Shown here one piece after another: positions 45,275 to 56,440 of a stretch of DNA of 64,000 nucleotides. The notes beneath the pieces were generated by a model. It had not been told where the DNA came from. It was given only the letters and a program-made list of their open reading frames with translations, and ran no database searches. The stretch is from contig CAVTCR010000052.1 in the NCBI GenBank assembly GCA_963733195.1, positions 1 through 64,000 of the forward strand, given 5' to 3'. The translations under genes and the position numbers were made by a program. Within the stretch, counting starts at the first letter, position 1. Every line of letters starts with the position of its first letter. Source of the stretch: an uncultured delta proteobacterium (GTDB taxonomy: Bacteria; Desulfobacterota; Binatia; Bin18).

Positions 45275-45535
45275 ATGGCAGATACGCTTACTATTACCGT
45301 CAAGCTGTTTGCGACGTTGAAGAAATATCTTCCACCGGGGAAGGAAGAAGGAATCTCACTTACGTTACCGGCTGGCTCGACCGTTCTTGATGTCATTGAC
45401 GCGCTGAAAATCCCGCACGAGCAGGCCACTATGCTCGTGGCGGGAGATACCTACGTTGAGAAAACCACTCCCCTGACCGACGGGCTTCAGCTCAGCATCT
45501 TCCCGCCGCTTGCAGGGGGGCGAGACGCTGACTAA
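45275..45535 (+). CDS. moaD: MoaD/ThiS family sulfur carrier
   Basis: VKLFATL..., IFPPLAGG followed by RDAD. Confidence 0.85.
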   Translation: MADTLTITVKLFATLKKYLPPGKEEGISLTLPAGSTVLDVIDALKIPHEQATMLVAGDTYVEKTTPLTDGLQLSIFPPLAGGRDAD

Positions 45536-45584
45536 CTTCATCGACTGGTACTGCAAGCTGACGACTCGACTGTCAATCACTTCC

Positions 45585-45608
45585 AGTGCCGTAGCCCGGA
45601 TGAAATCC
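45585..45608 (+). repeat. GTAG REP left arm, direct repeat of 50216-50239
   Basis: agtgccgtagcccggatgaaatcc vs agtgccgtagcccagatgaaatcc (23/24). Confidence 0.85.
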
Positions 45609-45641
45609 GGGAATACTTTTCTTACCGCGAATCGTCCCATC

Positions 45642-46080
45642 TCACGCAGCGGGTTGCAGACTGACAATCAGTCGGTGGCCCACTGCTGCCAGAGCAGCCT
45701 CAATACGAGGAAGCTTCGATGGATGTCGCGGGTCTAATAACCGCCGCACTTCTTTTTCATCACACTGTAGCCGCTTCGCTAGTTCTGCCTTAGTAATCTG
45801 CGCATCTTGCAAGGCAATATACAGAGCCGCTTTCGCTGCCGTTTGCGCCGCTAACGGTACCGCACACTGACCTCGTTTGAGTCGAGAAGAGGGAGGGAAT
45901 AGATAACCCCGTGACAATCCGATTCGCGATCGCTTCTTCGAGGCAATCCGCAGCTTCGTGCCAAGCCTCTTCCTCAGTTTCTCCTTGCGTGATCGCTTCA
46001 GGAATGTCAACGAACGTAACTACAAAACCGCCATCCTTCGCGTCTGGGGTAAAAATCGCGGGATATACAAACTGTTCCAT
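45642..46080 (-). CDS. hicB: HicB family antitoxin (frameshifted), no hicA seen
   Basis: YPAIF..GGFVVTF.DIPEAITQGET; C-terminal HTH ELAKRL..EVRRLLDP. Confidence 0.85.
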
Positions 46081-46255
46081 AAATGAATTCATTTCCTGTC
46101 ACGATTCACTATAGCGGACATTTTTGTCCTGTTGTCAAGACAAGCATGCGAAGCCGAACGCTTCGGATGGCCCCCGATTTCCTACGTGCTCGTGTTCTCC
46201 TTGTGCGGACGCGACAAACTGCATATATAAATCGTTCAAGGAATGAGAACCGCGC

Positions 46256-49200
46256 ATGAAGTTTTCCGAAGTGGTATCGCAGACACTCGCATGGCTACAG
46301 CGCGAGGGACGGGTCTCGTATCGGGCGCTCAGATTAGAGTTTGACCTGAACGAGGACGTGCTTGACGCACTCAAGGAAGAAATCATCGAGGTTAAAGAAG
46401 CGGCGGTTGATAAAGACGGCAAAATGCTGGTCTGGACGGACGGAGAACCGAAGGGCGAAACGGCGAAAGGGGCAAAAGGCGAAACGGGAAAGGCAGCCGA
46501 AGTTGTCAGCTCTCAGTTATCAGTTGTCAGTCCTCAACCCCCAACCCCTAACACGCAGCCCCCAGCTGAACGTCGCCAACTGACGGTGATCTTCTGTGAT
46601 CTCGTCGATTCTACTGCACTCTCCGCTCGGCTCGATCCTGAAGAGTGGCGTGAGATCGTGCAAGCCTACCAAGCAGTGGGCGCCCACATTATCGAGCAGT
46701 ATGAGGGGCGGATTGCGCAGTATCTGGGTGATGGCCTCCTCGTCTACTTTGGCTATCCACCGCACACGAAGATGATGCACAACGGGCGGTGCGCTCCGGG
46801 TTAGCGATCGTGGAGGCCCTCCAACAGGCTCCACTTCTCCAACGACACGGCGTGCAGGTGCGGATCGGCATTCACACCGGTTTGGTCGTCGTGGGTGAAG
46901 TCGGCGGCGGCGCCAAACGCGAACAACTCGCTCTTGGTGATACCCCCAACATCGCGGCCCGCCTGCAAGGACTGGCCCACCCCAACACGGTTGTGATGAG
47001 CGACGCGACGCAGCAACTCGTGGCCGGACTGTTCGACTGCGACGACCTTGGCCTGCATCCCATCAAGGGCATCTCTGCGCCCGTGCAAGTGTACCAAGTG
47101 AGAGGTGAGAGTGGAGTCCGCAGTCGCTTGGAGGTCGCCAGCCGTCGCGGGTTGACTCCCTTGATCGGGCGTGAACACGAAGTGCAGCTCCTGCTCGACC
47201 GTTGGGAACAAGCCAAGACTGGTGCGGGGCAGGTCGTGCTGCTCAGTGGTGAGCCAGGCATCGGCAAATCCCGCTTGGTGCACCGCATGAAAGAGCAGGG
47301 GACAGCAGAGGGAGCTGCTCACATTGAGTTTCGCTGCTCCCCTTTCTCGCAGAACACTGCGTTTGCACCGGTGATCGAGCATCTGCAACGCCTGCTGCAG
47401 TTTGCGCGAGAGGATTCGCCCTGCCGTCAAGCTGGGGAAACTCCAACACACACTGAGCCAGTATCGCTTCCCTCAGACCGACACTCTGCCGCTGTTGGCG
47501 GCCTTGTTATCGCTTGCCCCATCCAGAAGGTGCTCCGCCGCTGACGTTCAGTCCCCAAAAGCAGAAACAGCGGACCGAAGAGGCGTTGGTGGCGTGGCTG
47601 ATGGAGGAAGCCGAACGGCAGGCGGTCGTGACTGTGTGGGAAGATCTCCACTGGGCTGATCCCTCCACGTTGGAGTTCCTTTCCCTCCTGCTCGATCAAG
47701 TCCCGACCACGCGGTTGTTCGTGGTGCTGACTGCGCGCCCAGAGTTCCAGTCGCCGTGGCCGAGCCGGGGCTATATGGATGACTCTCACTCTCAATCGCT
47801 TGCCACGCACGCAGGCTGCACTGATGGTGCAACAGGTAACGGGGGATAAGGCGGTACCAGCGGAGGTGTTGCAGCAGATTGTGGCCAAGACCGATGGGGT
47901 GCCATTGTTTATGGAAGAGTTGACCAAGATGGTCATAGAGTCTGGGTTGCTCAGAGAGACTGTAGGGTCGCTATGAGCTGACTGGCGCCCCTGCCATCCA
48001 TTGGCTATTCCCGCGACACTGCACGATTCCTTGATGGCGCGATTGGATCGGCTGGGACCAGCGAAAGAGATCGCCCAACTCGGCGCGACTCTCGGGCGGG
48101 AGTTTACGTATGAACTGCTCCATGCGGTCTCTCCGCTGGATGAAGTGACACTTACAGCACGGGCTGAAGCAGTTGGTGGAGGCGGAGCTGCTCTATCAGC
48201 GTGGGTTGCTGCCGCAGGCTCACTATCATCTTCAAGCATGCCCTCATTCAGGACACCGCTTATCAGTCATTGCTCAAGAGCACGCGGCAACAGTATCACC
48301 GACAGATTGCGCAGGTACTGGAGGCGCGGTTTCCTGAGACGATCGAGATCCAGCCGGAGCTGGTGGCTCATCATTACACCGAGGCTGGGCTGATCGAGCA
48401 GGCCATTCCCTACTGGCAGCAGGCAGGTGAACAGAGCCAGCCCAGCGCTCGGCTAATGTGGAAGCGATTAGCTCACCTCACCAGGGGGCTGGAAGTGCTG
48501 AAGGCCTTGCCGGACACTCCCGAGCGCATCCAGCAAGAACTCACTTTGCAAACTACCCTGGGGCTCGCACTGATCGCTGTTAAGGGCTATGCAGCCCCGG
48601 AAGTGGAAAAGTACCTATGCGCGGGCCCGGGAAGCTGTGCCAGCAGGTGGGGGAGACTCCTCAGCTCTTCTCCGCATTGTATGGACTGTGGTGGTTTTAT
48701 TTTGTCCGGCGGCAGAGTTACAGACAGCTCGTGAGCTGGCGGAGCAGCTGCCTGCAGTCTGGCTCAGAGCGTCCAATGATCCGGTGCTTCTCCTCGGCTG
48801 GCCCACCTGCGCTTGGGGCACACATTGTTCTGGCTTGGGAGAGTTTCCTCGCTGCTAGCGCGCAGCTTGAGCAAGGGATTAGCCCTTTACGATCCCCAGC
48901 TGCACTCCCAGACCCTGTCGCTATGGATGGGCCAGATCCGGGGTGGTGATGCCTATCCTATGCAGCCTGGTGCCTGTGGTACTCGTGGTTATCCAGACCA
49001 GGCCCTGACAGCGAAGCTAGAGGCGCTTACCCTGGCCGCGGGCTATATCTCATCCCTTTAGTCTGGCATGCGCCTTTAACTTTGCCGCCCGAGTTGCCCA
49101 TCATCTCCGCCGGGAGGGACAGCTAGCCCAAGAACGGGCAGAGGCAACGATTACTCTTTCGACTGAGCAGGGGTTTCCGTACTGGTTAGCGGAGGGAACC

Positions 49201-49836
49201 ATCCTGCGGGGCTGGGCACTGGCCGAGCAAGGGCAGGTAGAGGAGGGACTCAGACAACTGCCCAGGGGTCTAGCCGCATACGCGGGCTACCGGGGCAGAG
49301 TTGTGGCAGCTCATATTATCTTGCCCTGCTGGCAGAGGCGTATGGAAAAGTAGGACAAGTTGAAGAAGGGCTGGCTGAGTTGGCCGAGGCGCTGGCAGTC
49401 ATGTCCAAAAACTGGGGAGACAGCACTATGAGGCGAGCTGTATCGGCTGAAAGGCGAAGCTCACGCTAGCCAGACAAGGCTAAGGCACAGGCTGAAGTCT
49501 ACAGGTCGAAGCACATCAGAAGAATGGCCCTAGGCTCCTAACCCCCGATCCCCAAGAGAAGCCGAAGCGTGTTTTCTCAAGGCCATCGAGATTGCCCGGA
49601 AGCAGCAAGCGAAGTCGCTGGAACTGCGAGCGGTGATGAGCCTAAGCCGCCTGTGGCAACAACAGGGCAAGCAAGCCGAAGCTCACCAGATGTTATCAGA
49701 GATTTACAACTGGTTCACTGAAGGGTTTGATACGAAAGATTTGCAAGAGGCGAAGGCGCTGTTGGAAATACTAAAGGCAGCAGCCTCTAGCAAGATTGTC
49801 AGTCTAGAAGAGGTCCAATCTGTTGCCAAACAGTGA
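46256..49836 (+). CDS. Class III cyclase - AAA/STAND ATPase - TPR protein (many frameshifts)
   Basis: [54 protein letters not shown]. Confidence 0.88.
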
Positions 49837-49889
49837 ACGGTGATACCTGCATCGCACGAAGCTTAGAGGAAGAGGAGACAGAGGCGACT

Positions 49890-50159
49890 ATGTCCATCGG
49901 TTTAGGAGAAGCGGCAGAAGTGCTTGGGGTTTCCGTCAAGGAGTTGAAGAAGCGCAGTTTAGCTGCTTTGCTTGAGAAAGAACTCCGCTCACTCCGAGCG
50001 GAAATTCTTTCAGTTTGTCAGAAGTATGGGGTAGCTTCATGGGAAGGAATGAACGAGCTGATTATTGAGGACCAAGTTGAAGAAGGAAAAATCCTTGATG
50101 ATTTTCAGCGGGTGGACCATCTGACGGCGAAAGCAAAACGGATCGCTGCGTTGCTTTGA
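49890..50159 (+). CDS. Small helical hypothetical protein, antitoxin-like
   Basis: 89 aa, GAGG RBS, KYGV..W motif seen in small TA-associated proteins (inference). Confidence 0.6.
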   Translation: MSIGLGEAAEVLGVSVKELKKRSLAALLEKELRSLRAEILSVCQKYGVASWEGMNELIIEDQVEEGKILDDFQRVDHLTAKAKRIAALL

Positions 50160-50215
50160 GCAGAACGTAAAAATACCAACAAAAGAGGGGAAAACTCTAT
50201 CTTCGATGAAGCTTG

Positions 50216-50292
50216 AGTGCCGTAGCCCAGATGAAATCCTTGATCGCTTTTCTCTATGGTCCTGGATTCCACTACGCTCCATTCAGGTTACG
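50216..50292. repeat. GTAG REP doublet (degenerate)
   Basis: cgtagcccagatgaaatcc ... cctggattcc...attcaggttacg. Confidence 0.75.
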
Positions 50293-50360
50293 CAACTGGC
50301 TTGTTTCTTCTCTTTTCCTGTTGTAATTCCTCGAAGGACTGAAAAGAGGAAGTTGCGTGT

Positions 50361-50697
50361 ATGCATCCGCGTTCCAACTTTTGGTTAGAGCAGGATGGCA
50401 AAGTCGTTCTCAGTGAATGGCGCATTGCGCTCCTGGAAGCGGTAGAGCGAACTGGTTCCATCAATGCGGCTGCCGCAGAACAAGGTGTGCATTTTCGTGT
50501 TGCGTGGCGGAAACTGAAAGAGATGGAAGAAGGTCTTGGCGTGAAACTGACACAACGAGCAGTTGGCGGGAAACATGGCGGTGGAACCTCATCTGACGCC
50601 GGAAGGACGTGACTATGTTCGCCATTTCCACGAGTTTACCGCAGGGCTTAAAGGAATAGTGGATAAGCGGTTTAAGAAGGCCTTTACGCAAGAGTAA
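50361..50697 (+). CDS. modE: Short ModE-family regulator (HTH only, frameshift near 50590)
   Basis: LLEAVERTGSINAAA, AWRKLKEME, GGKHGGG.LT; no TOBE domains. Confidence 0.88.
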
Positions 50698-50710
50698 ATT
50701 TTTTTGTGAA

Positions 50711-50735
50711 TCGTTATGCTGAATGAACATAACGA
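50711..50735. promoter_or_regulatory. Candidate ModE box
   Basis: perfect IR TCGTTATG-N9-CATAACGA between modE and fdhD. Confidence 0.75.
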
Positions 50736-50775
50736 AAATAACTTACCTCCTACTGCCAGGGAAGAAGGGAAAAGC

Positions 50776-51639
50776 GTGCCTCCGTTTCAGCGGACAGAGG
50801 ACGAACGCCTCCGCCGCCGACAGATTGTCCAGGCTGATGTTCTTGCCATGCGGAACCGCGTTCGATTCGATCAGGCGGATTGGCTTGCTGCTGAAGAGCC
50901 TTTGGAAATCCGCGTATGCGGTCCCGATCAGGAAGCTATCAGTGTTGCCGTGACGATGCGAACGCCTGGCCATGATCATGAATTGGCTATCGGATTCCTT
51001 TATACGGAAGGGCTTGTCCGTTCTTGCAAAGAAATCGTTGCTATCGACTCTGGTCCTGCCCTCTTGCAAGAACAGCCTTGTAACATTGTCACTGTTCGCC
51101 TTTCTCATCTCTTTGATCCTGCGCCATTGAAGCGCAATTTTTACGCGACTTCGAGTTGTGGGATCTGTGGCAAAGCTTCACTCGAACAGATTGCTATCCA
51201 CTGCGCCCCTGTCGCTCCTGGCCCTGTGTTACCCGGCTCTATTCTCACTGGGCTTCCTCCTGTTCTCCGCCAAGCGCAGCAAGTTTTCGACCAGACTGGT
51301 GGGCTGCATGCTTCTGGCCTGTTCGACATGACCGGGCGACTTGTGTCGCTCAGGGAAGATGTTGGTCGCCATAATGCCGTTGATAAGTTGGTGGGGCAGG
51401 CGGTGTTGGCGGGCGAGACGCCTTTAAGCGAACGGGTGTTGCTTGTGTCCGGCCGGACGAGTTTCGAGATTATGCAAAAGGCCGCTATGGCGCGCGTCCC
51501 CATCGTCTGCGCGGTCTCTGCTCCGTCGAGCCTGGCAGTTGAGGTGGCGAAACGTTTCCGTATGACCTTGGTGGGTTTTCTCCGTGATCAGTCTTTCAAT
51601 GTGTACTCTCACCCGGAGCGGATTGCTCTCGGTAGTTGA
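50776..51639 (+). CDS. fdhD: Formate dehydrogenase accessory sulfurtransferase
   Basis: EEPLEI, TMRTPG, SSCGICGK, TGGLH, EDVGRHNAVDK; GTG 50776 after AAGGGA preferred. Confidence 0.94.
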   Translation: MPPFQRTEDERLRRRQIVQADVLAMRNRVRFDQADWLAAEEPLEIRVCGPDQEAISVAVTMRTPGHDHELAIGFLYTEGLVRSCKEIVAIDSGPALLQEQPCNIVTVRLSHLFDPAPLKRNFYATSSCGICGKASLEQIAIHCAPVAPGPVLPGSILTGLPPVLRQAQQVFDQTGGLHASGLFDMTGRLVSLREDVGRHNAVDKLVGQAVLAGETPLSERVLLVSGRTSFEIMQKAAMARVPIVCAVSAPSSLAVEVAKRFRMTLVGFLRDQSFNVYSHPERIALGS

Positions 51640-51656
51640 GAAGGAAAGGATCGATT

Positions 51657-53610
51657 ATGAAACGCTCTTATGTCCGACTCACTGAACCGCTCGTGCGTGA
51701 CAACGGACGCTTACGTCCCGCCAGTTGGGATGAGGCGCTGGCTCGCGCCGCGCAGGGTTTTCAGACTGCTATAGAAAAGCATGGACCGCGGACGTTCGGG
51801 CTGTTTAGCTGTTCAAAGGCGACGAACGAAACGAACTTCATGGCTCAGAAGTTTGCGCGCCTGGTGATCGGCAGTAACAATATCGATAGCTGTAACCGCA
51901 CTTGACACGCGCCCAGTGTCGCCGGTCTGGCGGCAGTTTTCGGTGCGGGGGGCGGTACCAGCTCCTATAAAGAGATCGAGGAGACCGACCTCACTATCTT
52001 GTGGGGGTCGAACGCGCGCGAGGCGCATCCGATCTTTTTTCACCATGTGCTGAAAGGGGTGCACAATGGCGCGCGGCTCTACGTCGTCGATCCGCGTCGC
52101 ACCAGTTCCGCGCAATGGGCCGATGTTTGGCTTGGGCTCGATGTCGGCACAGACATCGTACTGGCGAATGCTATGGGACGGGAGATTATCTCGGCAGGAC
52201 TGACGAATCAGACATTCATTTCCCGCGCCACGACGGGCTTTGATGAGTATCGCACCTGTGTGGAGAAGTACACGCTCGACTACGCGGAGCGCGAAACCGG
52301 TGTGTCCGCCGCCCTGATCCGTGAACTGGCGCATGCCTATGCTCGAGCTGACCGCGCCATGATCTGTTGGACGCTCGGCATTACCGAACATCACAACGCG
52401 GTGGATAACGTGCTGGCGCTCATCAATCTGGCGCTGCTTACCGGTCACGTGGGACGCTACGGCTCAGGGCTCAACCCGTTGCGCGGACAAAATAATGTGC
52501 AAGGCGGCGGTGACATGGGCGCTCTGCCGGACCGCCTTCCCGGGTTCCAGCAGGTCGAGGATGACACGTTGCGCGCCAAATTTGAGACGGTGTGGGGAAA
52601 GAAGATTCCCGCCAAACGCGGCTGGCATCTCAGCGATATGTTTGCGGCGATGGAACGGAAAGAACTCACGGCGCTGTACGTGATCGGGGAGAATCCTGCC
52701 CAATCAGAAGCCGACGTATCGCACGCCATGCATTTGCTCGAAGGGCTTGAGCACTTCGTCGTGCAGGATATTTTCCTCACGGCCACAGCTGAATTGGCTG
52801 ACGTGGTTTTCCCTGCATCAGCCGGTTGGTGTGAAGCGGAAGGAACCGTGACCAACAGTGAGCGGCGTGTACAGCGGGTACGCAAAGCGCTGAATCCCCC
52901 TGGTCAAGCCCGCGATGACATTACGATCATTTGTGACCTGGCCCGTCAGTTTGGTTACGAGTGGGGACAACCCACGGCGTCAGAGGTGTGGAACGAGGTG
53001 CGCCGCTTGAGCCCCAATCACACAGGCATGAGCTACGCGACGTCTCGAAGAACATGGCGGACTCCAGTGGCCGTGTTATGACGAGAATCATCCTGGGTCG
53101 CCATTGCTGCACGACCGTTTATGGGAAGAGCCGGTGCAAGGACCAAAAGCGCCGTTTCATGCAGTCGAGCATGACCCGCCGGTGGATCGACTGGACGACG
53201 ACTTTCCCATCCGTCTGACGACTGGTCGCCGTCTCGATTCCTACAATACTGGCGTGCAAACCGGAGGGTACAGTTCCCCACTGCGACGCGGAGAGACGCT
53301 CGATCTCTCGCCCGAAGATGGATTGCGGTACGACGTAAAAGATGGGGAACGAGTGCGGATCTCCTCACGCCGTGGTTCGATCATCGCGCCGGTGCGGTAC
53401 GATTCGTCCCTTCGTCCTGGTTTGGCGTTTATGACGATGCACTTTCCTGATGAGGTGGACACGAACCAGTTGACTATCGAAGCCCTTGACCCGAAGTCGG
53501 GGACGGCTGAATTCAAAGCGACAGCAATCCGCATTGAAAAGTTGGGACCCGTCGGAGTGCAACTGACTGCCCCTGGCGATAAGGCGTCGCTCATGGAGCA
53601 GCCTGACTGA
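51657..53610 (+). CDS. fdhA: Selenocysteine formate dehydrogenase catalytic subunit lacking the N-terminal Fe-S module (frameshift near 53040)
   Basis: in-frame TGA 51903 in DSCNRT-U-HAPSV; ORFs 51636 and 51999 share a frame; LRGQNNVQG; AEFK. Confidence 0.9.
51917..51935 (+). promoter_or_regulatory. Bacterial SECIS-like hairpin
   Basis: TGTCGCC-GGTCT-GGCGGCA, 11 nt after the UGA. Confidence 0.8.
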
Positions 53611-53640
53611 AAGACGATAGAGAGGCATTGAGAGACGAAA

Positions 53641-55485
53641 ATGGACCTGCGTTTACGTGAGACCCCGGCGAAACCAGAAGAGCAAGCAGCAGTTGATGCG
53701 GTGCTGGGCCCTCCAGAATCTGGCTGGACGGGTGGGATACGCAACATCACGAAAGACGGACGTGAGGCGCGTGGTGGTCACGAACTGCGTGCTCAACGAC
53801 ACTTGCTGCTGCCCGCGCTCCACGCAGTCCAAGATCGAATGGGATGGATCAGTCCTGACGCGCTCAACTACATTTGCCAACGTCTCAGCATTCCCCCTGC
53901 CGAGGCATATGGCGTGGCGAGCTTCTACGCGCTTTTTTCTTTGTCTCCACAGCCGCCAGTGGCAGTGCATGTGTGTGATGATATTGCTTGTCTTGCGAAT
54001 GGCGCCGAGAAGGTGTGCGCTGAGCTGGAACAGACGCTCGGTCCTGCTGGCGCTGCAAGCAAAAACGGTCAAGTCACCTGGCATCGCAGTCCATGTCTCG
54101 GCGTGTGCGAACGTGCGCCCGCAGCGCTTTGTCTAACCGCTGGTGCTTCAGCAAGAGTCAGGTGATCGCGCCCGCACGAGCGTCGGACATCGCTGCCGCC
54201 TTGAATGGTGGCTCGGCGTCGAACTTCTTCTCCGTGCCGGTTCCCCAGGCTGGTGACCCCAAGCTTCGCTTGCTCCGTCGCGTTGGCGTGGTCGATCCCA
54301 CAAGTATTGATTCCTACCGTGCGCACGGCGGGTATGCGGCGTTGCGAAAAGCTATCGAGATCGGCCCCGACGAGGTTATCCGCGAGGTCAACGACTCCAA
54401 GCTGCTCGGTCGTGGTGGGGCCGCGTTCCCCATGGGTCGCAAGTGGGAGGCGGTCGCCCGCGCTGCTGCGCGTCCACACTATCTGGTCTGCAACGCAGAC
54501 GAGTCTGAGCCCGGCACTTTTAAGGACCGTGTAGTAATGGAGGAAGATCCCTTCGCTTTACTGGAAGCAATGACGATCGCTGGATTCACAACGAGTTGTG
54601 AGCAAGGCTACATTTATATTCGTGGCGAATATCCACAGGCGACCAAGCGACTAGAGAACGCCATTGCGCAAGCACGCTCTCGCAGGTTTGCTGGGTGAGA
54701 ATGTAATGGGGCACGGATTCCGTTTCGATATTGAACTACGCCGTGGGGCTGGAGCCTACATCTGCGGAGAAGAAACAGCATTGCTGAATTCTATTGAAGG
54801 ATACCGTGGCGAGCCGCGCAACAAGCCGCCGTTTCCAGTGCAGGTCGGACTGTTCGGTAAGCCGACGGTTATCAATAACGTCGAAACTCTGGTGAACGTG
54901 CTCGATATCGTGCTGCATGGCGGTCCCGCTTTCGCAACGATCGGTACGCCAGGTTCTGTCGGGCCGAAACTTTTTTGTGTGTCTGGCTGTGTGACACGTC
55001 CCGGCGTGTATGAAGTTGAGTTTGGCATAACCCTGCGCCAGTTGTTGGAACTGGCAGGTGGAGTGCGGCACCAACGGCCGTTGCAGACTATCCTGCTTGG
55101 CGGAGCGGCTGGAGTGTTTGTCACTCCCGATCAACTCGATACGCCGCTGACATTTGAGGGAGTACGAGCGATTGGCGCTACGCTCGGTTCTGGCGTGGTC
55201 ATGGTCTTCGATGACTCAATCGATCTCAAGGCGATTCTGCTTCGCATCGCTGCCTTCTTCCGCGACGAGTCATGCGGCCAATGCGTCCCCTGTCGGGTTG
55301 GTACGGTGCGGCAAGAAGAATGGCTTCATCGCATGAAATCCGGGCGACTGCTGGGGCCTCTACAGAACGAGTTGACACTCCGTACGGAGATCGGCCAGGT
55401 CATGCGCGACGCATCGATTTGCGGCCTGGGGCAGACCGCCGCCAGCGCCATAGAGTCTGCCCTGACAAAACTGAAAATTTTTTAA
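53641..55485 (+). CDS. nuoF: NuoE-NuoF fusion (two apparent frameshifts)
   Basis: VASFY, CDDIAC..CLGVC; [26 protein letters not shown]. Confidence 0.85.
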
Positions 55486-55498
55486 CCGTGAGAAAACT

Positions 55499-56440
55499 AT
55501 GTCTGCTGTATCTCCAACGTCCGCGAAACGTGTTGTTGAGTTGACCATTGACGGAAAGCCCATCCGTGTTCCAGAAGGAACGACGCTTCTTGACGCGTGC
55601 CGTTCGCAAAATATCTCGACGCCTACGCTGTGTTACTTAGAGAATCTGACTCCAGTCAATGTGTGTCGAGTATGTGTGGTTGAAGTTGAAGGCTCGCGTG
55701 TGCTCGTGCCAGCGTGTTCGCGCAAGGCGGAGAATGGCATGGTCGTGCAAACGGATTCAGAGCGTGTACGTCTCAGTCGCCGTCTGGTTCTGGAGTTCCT
55801 CGCCTCGTCAGTAGACCTTTCGATTGCGCCGTCGGTGAAAGACTACATGCAACGGTACGATGCCCATCCTGAGCGGTTTGGTCCGGCCGCCGCAAGCGGA
55901 GAGCGAGATCATCGTCATGCTGGCCACCACCATGAGCCGGATGGAACCACTGCGGCCACCGTCGCACAGCCCGTGAAGATTGATAATGACCTGTACATTC
56001 GCGACTATTCCCGCTGCATCCTCTGTTATAAATGCGTGGAAGCCTGCGGGACCGATGCACAAAATACCTTTGCTATTGCTGTGGCTGGGCGGGGTTTCGA
56101 TGCTCGCATCTCTACCGAGTTTGCGACCCCGCTTCCTGACTCCGCCTGCGTGTATTGTGGCAATTGTATTGGCGTCTGTCCCACTGGAGCTTTGATGTTC
56201 CGTAGTGAGCACGAGCTGCGTCAGGCGAGTGCTTGGGATGAGGCCCAACAAACCCAGACCGACACCATCTGCCCATATTGTGGCGTAGGTTGCACGCTCA
56301 CCCTCCATGTCCAAGACAATCAGATAGTGAAAGTCACTTCACCTTTAGACCACGATGTAGGACACGGGCATTTATGCATTAAAGGACGATTTGGCTGGCA
56401 GTTCGTGCAGAACCGGCCAGACTCGACAAAACCATCATGA
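55499..56440 (+). CDS. 2Fe-2S/4Fe-4S FDH electron-transfer subunit carrying the Mo/W-proximal 4Fe-4S domain
   Basis: 2Fe-2S, CILCYKC, CVYCGNC, C-terminal CPYCGVGC...LCIKGRFG. Confidence 0.9.
   Translation: MSAVSPTSAKRVVELTIDGKPIRVPEGTTLLDACRSQNISTPTLCYLENLTPVNVCRVCVVEVEGSRVLVPACSRKAENGMVVQTDSERVRLSRRLVLEFLASSVDLSIAPSVKDYMQRYDAHPERFGPAAASGERDHRHAGHHHEPDGTTAATVAQPVKIDNDLYIRDYSRCILCYKCVEACGTDAQNTFAIAVAGRGFDARISTEFATPLPDSACVYCGNCIGVCPTGALMFRSEHELRQASAWDEAQQTQTDTICPYCGVGCTLTLHVQDNQIVKVTSPLDHDVGHGHLCIKGRFGWQFVQNRPDSTKPS

Noticed and set aside
51903-51905. TGA as a nonsense mutation or gene end
   Set aside because: It aligns with the catalytic Cys/Sec position and has a SECIS-like hairpin
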